45,958 nt of DNA from Selaginella moellendorffii. Its lineage: Eukaryota; Plantae; Lycopodiophyta. Under the pieces are notes generated by a model. That model was not told where the DNA came from. It searched no databases and was given only the letters and a program-made list of their open reading frames with translations. Location of the stretch: contig NW_003314278.1 of NCBI RefSeq assembly GCF_000143415.4, positions 1,149,951-1,195,908 of the forward strand. Direction: 5' to 3'. Shown here piece after piece: positions 1-9,296 of this stretch (positions within the stretch are counted from its first letter, which is position 1; every line of letters begins with the position of its first letter). The translations under genes and the position numbers were made by a program.

Positions 1-811
1 TCCAAATACTAATACGGGTCAAGGGGTGAAAGCCCAAAGCGTGCGTCTCCCAGGGGGGGGGGGGGGGGGGGGGCCTACAAGGGGTTCCAAAAGTATAATA
101 GGGATAATGGGGCCCCGGAACCCTTTTAAAAGGGACTTTCCAGGGGGGGCCCCAAAATGATTTGAGGTTGGGAATGGGACCAAGGGGCCTTGGGTGGGAG
201 TGAGCATGGACTTGGGTGGTGCCGGAGGGGCCATCCAAGGAAGTGCTCAAGAGTAGCTCCCACTCCCGAAAGGGAAACCGATTGCGGTGCTCCCGGCTCA
301 TGTGGAGTGGTGCCCCACTTGAGTACCATGCGGCTCATTAGTCATCGCCCTTCCTAGGGGCTTGGACCTTCCTTCGGGATGGAAGTGGGGGGGGGGTAGA
401 GGTACCCATACCGGGCCGTTAGGCCACGGTGTTTCGCCCCGACGTCCCGAAGCAAGTGCTGCACCCAAGGCTTGGGATTTAGAGGGTCCCATGATCAAGT
501 CTTGTTGTACCAAGGGGTGTTAGGAACCTGGAGGCTTGGTGTGCTTGGCTGCTTGTGCCTGCGGGGAGTGTAGCCGAACCTTAAGTCCAGTCTAACCCGG
601 GGAGGGGGATTGGGAAAGAATTGGGAATCCGTGGATGGATGGCTAACACTCCGTTGCTCGTGCAGTGAGTAGCTGAAAGCAAGTAGGACCAAGTAGGAGT
701 TGGTACCATAGGCGAGAACCTTGGCGAGGGAACTTAGCAAAAGCCAAGGCAGTGCCGGACGGATAGACGAGGTAAGCTAGCAAATTGGAAAGGAAAAATT
801 TGTGGCTTACA
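1..811 (+). repeat. 5' LTR of element A (3' part only)
   Basis: Matches 5321-6120; ends ...GGCTTACA immediately before the PBS. Confidence 0.92.
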
Positions 812-814
812 ATT

Positions 815-826
815 TGGTATCGGAGC
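815..826 (+). promoter_or_regulatory. Primer-binding site (initiator tRNA-Met type)
   Basis: TGGTATCGGAGC 3 nt after the LTR-terminal CA; one mismatch to the common plant TGGTATCAGAGC. Confidence 0.9.
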
Positions 827-870
827 CTTTTCCTCAATTCTAGCGAAGGATAGAGGCGGATTGCTGGGAG

Positions 871-2054
871 ATGGCAAGGGCAGGGCGTAAGCGAACCCAG
901 GCGGAGACGGAACTTCCGCCGGAGCTGGAGCCTCCAGTCGAACAAGAGGCTATGGATGAGGAATCCTTGCATGAGGAGGGCTCTAGTGAGGAAATTTCCA
1001 AACAGGAGTCCGGTGGCGAGGTTCGGTCGTCCAAGGCTCGATTGGACGTGCTAGAAGGACAGTTGGCACAGACCAATGCTCTGCTGGAGACTCTCGTACG
1101 CAAGCTAAAGCGTGACGAGAAGCGGAAGAAAAAGAGAAAGACTGCAGATGCTGGCAACGCAGAAGGTGCGGACCCTTCGGCAAGGACTGAGGCAAAACCA
1201 GACAAGGTCAAACAGACTGAAGTAGAATCAGTCCCTCAGGCAGTTCCCAAATACAAACCAAAGCCCCCACCGGTCTTCAAGGGAGTGAATGACTATAAGG
1301 TGGTGGAGGATTGGTTTTACGATATGGAGGACTACTTTCGAGCGTTGCGATTACCAAGCTCGGAGAAGGTCCCATGTGCAAAACCATACTTGGCAGATAA
1401 TGCCAAGTCTTGGTGGAGAATGACAGAGGCCAATGAAGGACCGGTGGCCACTTAGGACATGATGAAGGCGAGGATCTGTGCAACATACGTTCCTCCGAAT
1501 GCCACTCTGCATCTGAGAGATGAGCTGAGTAGGTTGAAGCAGACTGGAACCATCGAAGAATATGTGAATGGGTTCATGGCAAAGAGGATACTGGTCACGG
1601 ACATGGGGGATATGGATGTGTTCCATGCCTTCATATCAGGTTTGCAAACCTGGGCTCGCGGCGAGGTGATGCGGTGGAACCCGACCAACTACAAGGAAGC
1701 GTTGGATGCGGCCATCAAGGTGCATTTCAACGATAACCTGCGAAAGGGGAACACGACGGGGTTGGGATCCACGTTTAGCAAAGGGGCCAAACAAAGGGGA
1801 ACGTATAGCACGGGGAAATTCAAGAAGAGTTTCTCTAAGAATGAGTCCTCGGGGTTCCGGAAAGGCAAATCCGGTGGCCAGCGAGCGAGTACATGGGGGA
1901 GTCAAGCGAAAAAAGACAAACCCACGGATAAGAAGGTCAAATTGTATAGCAGCGTGGGAAACAACGTATGCTACAACTGCGGTGAAGCGGGACACTTTTC
2001 GAGGGAATGTCCCTACCCGAAGAAGGCCAAAACCAATATGGCCATCAAGTCGGG
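871..2054 (+). pseudogene. gag: gag (capsid-like region + CCHC zinc knuckle), in-frame TAG at 1453-1455
   Basis: PPVFKG...VEDWFYDMEDYF, LSRLKQTGTIEEYV and CYNCGEAGHFSRECP; ORFs 871-1455 and 1459-2103 are in the same frame. Confidence 0.9.
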
Positions 2055-3053
2055 TTGTTCGATAGGTTGGGAAAGGCAAAATACTTCTCGAGGATTGACC
2101 TAAGGTCAGGATACTACCAGATCAGGGTAGCCGAGGAAGATGTTGAGAAGACAACCTGTCGAACGAGGTATGGGAGTTTTGAGTTTTTTGTGATGCCCTT
2201 TGGGCTATGCAATGTGCCGGCCACGTTTTCGGCGCTAATGAACCACATCTTTGTACCCTATCTGGATCACTTCGTGGTCGTCTATATCGACGACATCCTG
2301 ATCTATAGCGAGACGCTAGAGGAGCATGCTGAACACTTGGCGAAGGTGTTTGAGAAACTAAGGGAACACAAACTGTATGCTAAAGAGAGCAAATGTGACT
2401 TTGCTCAACAAGAGGTAAAGTTTCTCGGGCATGTGGTGGGTCAGGACGGGCTCAAGGTGGACCCGGAGAAGGTCCAAGCGATCCAGGAATGCGAGCGACC
2501 ATCGAATGTACATGAGTTGAGGGCATTCTTGGGGCTATGCAACTACTATCGAAAGTTTATCAGACACTATTTGAGAGTAGCCCTACTTTTAACGGACCAA
2601 ACAGGAAAAGGGAAGATGGTATGGACAGCAGAATGCGAGGCGGCATTCGTCCACCTCAAAGGGAAGTTGAGGAAGGCTCCGGTGTTGGCATTACCAGATT
2701 TTGGTAAGGACTTTGAGGTAGACACGGATGCTTCGGACTTTGCGTTGGGCGCAGTTTTGAAGCAAGACAACCATCCAGTAGCGTTCTTCTTGAAGAAGTT
2801 GGACAAGGCTCAACGGAAGTGGCCTGCCCACGAGAAGGAATTGTTTGCGGTGGTCAAGGCGCTCAAGGAGTGGCGACACTACCTTGAGAGACACTTCAAG
2901 GTTTACACGGACAATGTGGCAACGAAACACTTGTTGTCACAGCCCGACCTGAGAGGGAAACAAGGTCAGTGGGCCAATGCCTTGGCTGAGTTTGATTGTG
3001 AGATTTTGTACAAGCCTGGGAAGAGCAACATCGTGGCAGATGCGCTAAGTTGA
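2055..3053 (+). pseudogene. pol: Reverse transcriptase + RNase H (RT N-terminus and protease absent)
   Basis: LFDRLGKAKYFSRIDLRSGYYQIR, VMPFGLCN, VVYIDDILIYS, DTDASDFALGAVL, ADALS followed by TGA. Confidence 0.95.
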
Positions 3054-3795
3054 AAAGCAAGCTTGAGGTTGGCGATATCCAACGCAATAGCAACCTTCTG
3101 GGATGATGTGCGGACAGCATATGAGAACGATGGTCTAGCACAAGAAGTGTTGCTGAGGAATCTAGAGGCGCGGGAAGCTCACCAGAGAGGTGAGCTACCA
3201 ACGGAAGAGAAAATGGGCTATGCGGAACGCAACAGACTCATCTATTACAAGCAAACGAGGGTGTATGTTCCAGAAGGGGACCTAAGGAAGGTAGCCTTAG
3301 AAGAGTGTCATGATGGACCTCTTGCGAGACACGGCAGAGTGCCCAAGACGATGGGCTTACTCAAGAGGAAGTACCATTGGCCAGATATGGCTAAGGACGT
3401 CCAAGACTATGTAAAGACATGTCCAACATGTCAGCAGGTCAAAGCCGTGACTAAGGCTAGTGGGGGCTTGTTGCAAAGCATCCCAATTCCAGATCGTCCG
3501 TGGAAATGTCTTACGATGGACTTCATCACGGGACTTCCCCCAAGCGAGGGGTTTGATGCGATAATCGTGGTGGTGGACCAATTTTCGAAAATGGCATATT
3601 TCATACCCACCACAACGGAAGTGGATGCGGAAGGTGTGGCGAAGCTGTTCTTCGAACAAGTGGTTTGAGTGCGGGGAAGGCCGGAAGAGATCATCTCAGA
3701 TCGAGATAAGATCTTCACTAGTAGATTCTGGAGGACTCTCCTGGAACAGTATCGCACCAAGTTGAAATTCAGCACCGCCTATCACCCACAGACAG

Positions 3796-3842
3796 ATATG
3801 GGGTATTAAGTCAAGTTTGGTGACACTAACACTTCTTAACAG
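3796..3842 (+). other. 47-nt intron-like insert in integrase (AT..AG; donor probably a mutated GT)
   Basis: Removal restores HPQTD-GQTER exactly; contains branch-point-like CACTAAC, pyrimidine tract and CAG. Confidence 0.75.
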
Positions 3843-4260
3843 ACGGACAAACGGAAAGGGTGAATAGGCAGCTGGAGGATTATTTGCGATGCTATGTCTC
3901 GGGAGACCAGACCGATTGGGTAAGTCATTTGGGACTTGCAGAAATGTGTTATAACAACTCACCACATTCGAGTATCGGGGTGAGTCCATGGGAAGTCATC
4001 AATGGGCGAGCTATTGAAGGTCCTGTGGAACTCGGCGTGGCCGAGTATCATGGAGAGCTACCTGCAGTGGAGGCATTCACGGCGGAAAGACTCAACATTT
4101 GGAATCTAGTGAGGGATTCCTTGGAACGAGCTCAACAAAGGCAAACCAAGTACGCGAACCTAAAGCGCCGAGATGTAGAGTTCCAAGCTGGGGAGAAGGT
4201 GTGGCTGAACACCAAGAACCTCAGGCTACCAAGTGGGATCAGCCGAAAGTTGACCCAAAG

Positions 4261-4312
4261 GTAAAAATGCATGTATTCCCGTAAATGAATTGATCTTGAG
4301 TTCCTTAAGCAG
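4261..4312 (+). other. 52-nt GT-AG intron in the integrase C-terminal (GPY) region
   Basis: AG|GTAAAA...TTAAGCAG|GT; removal restores KLTQR-FAGPY and joins ORFs 3860-4264 and 4290-4694. Confidence 0.85.
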
Positions 4313-4740
4313 GTTTGCGGGGCCTTACGAGATTGAGGCACGAATCGGTAAAGTGGCTTACCGACTCCGACTTCCTCAAGAGATGGGGAAGATGCACCCA
4401 GTGTTCCACGTGAACTTACTCAAGCCGTACTTTGAGGATCCGCTTCGCAAAGACCAAGTAAGACCTTTACCTGAGGTTATCCAAGGGGAAGAGGAATACA
4501 AAGTCAAGGCCATCCTCAATGCGCGCAAGAGCAAGCGACAAGGACGCGAGGTGAGAGAGTTCCATGTGAAGTGGAAAGGATTTCCACACTGCGAAGCAAC
4601 ATGGGAACCGGAGGAAAACCTAGCGAATGCGCGAGATCTAGTGGAGGAATTTCTGCAAGGCAGAACTCTATGTACTTATGCAAAGTTCAATTAAAAATAT
4701 CAATTTGCAAAATTGAGCAAGTGGCATACGTTGGGACCCG

Positions 4741-5034
4741 AAGGCGCGCTGAAGGTAAGCTAATTAGCATGGGTTAGCTAGGTCGACCAGGCGTAGGGAG
4801 CTACGCCCGACTCCCTGCGGGGATGTCGAATCCGTAGACGTATTCTACGGAGGTTGGGTTCGAGTCCCAACCCCCTAGTAAAGCAAGGCTGGGTTCAAGT
4901 CCCGACCCCATACTAGGGCGTGGTGAGGTGAGGAGTATAGGGACACCTATATTCCGTTGTCATGGGCTCTTGGCCAGGGAGGCTAATTTAGGCACACCGC
5001 TAAGTGGGGGGATGCCCCCGGAGACATGGTCAAC
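4741..5034 (+). ncRNA. Conserved structured cis-RNA module in the 3' UTR of element A (tRNA-like hairpins, twin T-loops, four-way junction)
   Basis: Homologous to 41028-41290 and in part 41356-41467, with compensatory changes in several helices. Confidence 0.75.
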
Positions 5035-5086
5035 AAGTCGTAGGATAAAAAAGAGACGTTCGATGTGGGCATCGAACTTCTTCTAT

Positions 5087-5098
5087 GGGTGGTGGAGT
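5087..5098 (+). promoter_or_regulatory. Polypurine-tract equivalent of element A
   Basis: GGGTGGTGGAGT directly before the LTR start TGTAAC; identical in element B. Confidence 0.85.
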
Positions 5099-6120
5099 TG
5101 TAACGAACCAACTCGCCGAGGTGTCGTACGCTAAAGGAACCCCGAAAGCATGACCAAAATGACAAAGAGTTCATCGGATGGGACCAAGTCGAAGATCGGG
5201 TCCGAGACCGAGTCCGAAGTCGAGTCCGAGGTCGGGTCCGAGATCGGGTCCGAGATCAAGTCCGAGACCGAATCCGAAGTCGGATCCGAAATCGAGTCCG
5301 AGATCGAGCCAGAGACTAAGTCCAAATACTAATATGGGTCAAGGGGTGAAAGCCCAAAGTGTGCGTCTCCCAGGGGGGGGGGCTGCAGGGGGTTCCAAAA
5401 GTATAGTAGGGATAGTGAGGTCCAGGAACCAGTTTAGAAGGGACTCTCCAGTGGGGCTCCCAAACTGACTTGAGGTTGGGACTGGGACCGAGGGGCCTTG
5501 GGTGGGAGTGAGCATGGACTTGGTTGGTGCCAGAGGGGCCATCCAAGGAAGTGCTCAAGAGCAGCTCCCACTCCCGAAAGGGAAACCGATTGCGGTGCTC
5601 CCGGCTCATGTGGAGTGGTGCCCCACTTGAGTACCATGCGGCTCATTAGTCCTCGCCCTTCCTAGGGGCTTGGGCCTTCCTTCGGGATGGAAGTGGGGGG
5701 GGGGTAGAGGTACCCATACCGGGCCGTTAGGCCACAGTGTTTCACCCCGACATCCCGAAGCAAGTGTTGCACCCAAGGCTTGGGATTTAGAGGGTCCCAT
5801 GATCAAGTCTTGTTGTACCAAGGATTTTTAGGACCCGGAGGGCTTGGTTTATTTGCCCTATTGCCCCCGCGGGGAGATTACCCGACCCTTAAACCCATTT
5901 TAACCCCGGGGGGGGGATTGGGAAAAAATTGGAAACCCGGGGAAGGAGGGTAAACCCCCCGTTGCCCATCCCGGGGGTAGCTAAAACCAATGGGGCCCAA
6001 TTAGGGGTTGGTTCCTTAGGGGAAAACCTTGGGGGGGGAATTTCACAAAAACCAAGGCATGTCCCGGCCGGATAGGCGAGGTAATCTACCAAATTGGAAA
6101 GGAAAAATTTGGGGGTTAAC
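5099..6120 (+). repeat. 3' LTR of element A (~1.02 kb); last ~300 nt appear to be low-quality sequence
   Basis: Starts TG after the PPT; matches 1-811; contains a GAGTCC/GAGATC satellite at ~5197-5320. Confidence 0.88.
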
Positions 6121-6565
6121 CCCCTGGCAGCCCCCCCCCCCCCCCCCCCCCCTGGGAGATGCATGCTTTGGGCTTTCACCCCTTGACCCGTATTAGTACT
6201 CGGACTTAGTCTCTGGATCGATCTCGGACTCGATCTCGGATCCGACTTCGGATTCGGATTCAGACTCAATCTCAGACTCGATCTCGGATCCGATCTCAGA
6301 CCCGACCTTGGACTCGACCTCGGACTCGGTCTCGGACCCGATTTCAAATCTCGGACTCTGTCTCGAACTCGGTCTCAAACTCGGTCTCAAACTCGGTCTC
6401 CGAGTCGGTCTCGGACTCGATTCCGGACTCTATCTCGAACTTGGTCTTAGAGTCGGTCTTGGACTCGATCTTAGACTTGGTCCCATCCGATGAACTCTTT
6501 ATCATTTTGGTTATGCTTTCGGGGCTCCTTTAGCCTACGACACCTCGGCGAGTTGGTTCCTTACA
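6121..6565 (-). repeat. Inverted partial LTR of family A (LTR 5' end to just past the poly-G tract)
   Basis: Reverse complement of 5099-~5390 with a longer satellite; begins TGTAAGGAACCAACTCGCCGAGG on the minus strand at 6565. Confidence 0.88.
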
Positions 6566-6566
6566 G

Positions 6567-6845
6567 ATGGCATGTGAGAGAAGTTTCGGATTGCTTAAAG
6601 GTCGTTGGAGGATGTTTAGGAAGTTGGTTAAAGTTGTGACCATCACTCAGCTAACAAGTGCCATAAAAACAGCTTGCATTCTGCATAACTTCATTATTGG
6701 TATAGGTGACATAGGGGAAATAGACATTGAGCCTAAGCCAGTGATTAATCAACCACAAGGCTGGCAACCAGAGCCTCATGTCACTACTATGGAGCTTAGA
6801 AACATTCTCATTACTTATGTAGTAGACTTAAACAAATCCACTTGA
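6567..6845 (+). mobile_element. PIF/Harbinger DDE transposase C-terminal fragment, cut by the LTR
   Basis: ACERSFGLLKGRWR...TACILHNF motif. Confidence 0.85.
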
Positions 6846-6982
6846 AGCTCACGAATTTATTTATTTTAGCATGCTCACAAACTCAAGTTTTGTTTTATTT
6901 TTTAGGGTTTTAATTCAGAGATTTCAATACAAGGCTTAAACGTGGGTGCAGCAGAGAACCTGGCTAGAGCAGAGAGAGGGGG

Positions 6983-7082
6983 NNNNNNNNNNNNNNNNNN
7001 NNNNNNNNNNNNNNNNNNNNNNNNNNNNNNNNNNNNNNNNNNNNNNNNNNNNNNNNNNNNNNNNNNNNNNNNNNNNNNNNNN
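6983..7082. other. Assembly gap (100 N)
   Basis: N run. Confidence 1.
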
Positions 7083-7899
7083 AATCCTACAGCATTGCCA
7101 GGCTTATAGGCATACCTGAGTAGTGGTCACTAAGAGAGGATCAATCAACCATACACAAAGATTGTCATTTTGCAGTGTGGCACTCTTGGTACTTACTCTT
7201 GCAAAGTTCTTTCTTTCCTTTCAATCTAACTCTAATCCATTTGTGTTTCTATTGCTAAACAACTGATACAAACAGTTTTACGTGAACACTCATGTCCTTC
7301 CAACAAAAATGCTCTATCTAAATTGATGGAATCAATCCAAGGATATTGGCAGTGGCAATGCAAGGTGGGAATGCTGGGCCTAGAATTGTTGATCAGGTAA
7401 GTCATCACATCTTCATCAGTTCATCATCTCTCTCATTGCTTCAGAGATAGTAATCAGTAACACTATAAATTACAAAAGTGAAGTTCATGAATAAGAAAAT
7501 GAAATGACTTACCAAAGAATCAGCAATTGCAAACAAGGCTTGAGCTACTTGATCCACACTCTTCACCATCTATCTATCCACAGCCAGAGTATGCTCTATG
7601 AATTCTTCCTTCTTCAGATTATGACAATAAATTTCCTTCTTCAGATTATGACAATAAATTTCCTTCTAGCTATTTTCCATTGTATCAATGAGGCTCACAT
7701 TGTTGTCACACAATGCTTTTGCAAGTTGTTTTGTAAGTTGTGTGCAGGACTTCTTCCTCAGCCGGCCTAAACTATGCTTTTCAAGATTGTTCTTGTTTCT
7801 TGTCATTGTATGAACAAAAACTACAAAACATACCTTTAGGCTCTGATTCTCCATATGGAGGTAATAGTGATCATTGTTGTGAAGCTCTTAGTGTTGGTA

Positions 7900-8800
7900 A
7901 TGATGATTGTTAGGATGTAGATGGTGAAGACATTAATTCCTAAATCTATCTTTGTGAATTTACAGTTTGACAGTCCTAAAGCCACTCGTCCATCATTGCA
8001 TAGAGTTGATCATTGAACTTTGGTGGTAAATCAGCTTCACGACATTGCTCTGTTGTCATGTTTCAGTACTGCTTTTGCCAATAGGAACATGATATTCATA
8101 TGACTTGATTTTGTTGAAATATACTCCCAACGAGATTGGCATTTGCCCAGGCAAATGGTTGACACCATGTGTCAAACAATAGTTGAAAACTTAGTGAATG
8201 ATTGGAAGTCTAAAAAATCCAAAACTTACTCGGAAATTTGCTGCCAATGAACACTTGTAGTTTTGTGCCTCTTGAATGCTACCTCATTGCTGTAAGAAGA
8301 AATCATGCTTCTTTGCTTTATTCAGAGCCAACAATTCATTTAAAGACCAATGCCTCCAATTTCTAGTTGGTTTCAAAGGCTTCAGTGGAGTGGGAGCAGT
8401 AAAATTCCCCTTGCTGAATTGAGAACCATCATACAGAAACTCTTGCTAACATTGAGTGGAGAACACAATCTCCAAATCGTTCAACTGTTGCTCTCCCATT
8501 CTGCTCAAGACCCCAAAACCATGAATTGACATCTCAACATCAAATTATGTAACTATCCTTCATTATGCATCCCTATATATCCCTATACTAATTCCTAAAG
8601 CTCTCCAAGGATTTGGTTCTTGACAGGTATGGCATTGACTTTGCGGAAGATTTGATAAATTTCCTTGTAAAATCGCCTTGCATACATGCTTTGCAAAGAG
8701 CAATCCATTCAACATAGATTAAGCCCATCATAAAAGTGGGCCAATTGTCTTTAAATTTACTTCTCTGTATCAACATCCAATGGAGCCTTCGTAAATATCA
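7900..8800 (+). mobile_element. Heavily decayed Gypsy pol remnant
   Basis: Scattered motifs read by eye: LKTNASNF near 8340 (RNase H TDAS-like) and an integrase-like patch near 8590-8700; no intact ORF. Confidence 0.4.
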
Positions 8801-9296
8801 AGAATGGGCTGAGGCCCAGCAGAGAGGATAACATATAGAACTCAGAGAGGAGAACATATGAAGCATGTCGGGAGGCAACGAGGGAGATAGGATACAAGGA
8901 AGGCAATGGGAACGAGGTATCAATGAGCCCATCTCCACCCGCGCCTCAAACGCAAGCATTTCACACTACTACTTCCCACTTTCAACAGGAGCTCATGATA
9001 GACTCTCACCGGCATGGTCTTGAGAATCTGGATTGCCACGCCTAGCATGGCACTGATGTGGAGCAGGAGGAGCGCAGTGCTGCTGCTCAAATTCACAACA
9101 GCAGCATTGGATCTTGCGTTGCTGGCTATAGCAAACCCACTGCACGTAACACTCCAGATAGATTTCTGAAGACTCTCCTATGCCCAATCTCTGTGCGTCC
9201 CGCTATCCATCCATGGGGGATGGGGCGGCTCACGGAATGGCTGGATATCAACGATCGATGTTTGGGTTAACACATCAAAACAGTGAAGAATCAAGT

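Larger units (their letters stand above)
3054..4694 (+). pseudogene. pol: Integrase + chromodomain, split by two short introns, with an in-frame TGA at 3666-3668
   Basis: HHCC-type zinc region (ECHD...H...CPTC), MDFITGLP, ISDRD, YHPQTD|GQTER, KLTQR|FAGPY, and chromodomain EEYKVKAIL...FHVKWKGF...TWEPEENL. Confidence 0.92.
1..6120 (+). mobile_element. Element A: Ty3/Gypsy chromovirus-type LTR retrotransposon (gag-RT-RH-INT-chromodomain), defective copy, 5' LTR truncated by the window start
   Basis: Direct repeats 1-811 and 5321-6120, PBS, gag with CCHC knuckle, RT YIDD, RNase H, integrase, chromodomain, PPT, and TG start of the 3' LTR. Confidence 0.95.

Noticed and set aside
2007-2103. Programmed gag-pol frameshift at the ORF overlap
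   Set aside because: The overlap coincides with missing protease and RT start and has no slippery heptamer; better explained as a deletion
4755-4781. Strong donor AG|GTAAGC as a further intron
   Set aside because: The nearby AGs give at most ~27 nt, the stretch folds as a hairpin, and the donor is not conserved in element B
4781-4880. Bona fide tRNA gene
   Set aside because: No 7-bp acceptor stem and no canonical 7-nt anticodon loop; kept only as tRNA-like
7606-7665. 27-bp tandem duplication
   Set aside because: Ordinary local slippage with no evident function
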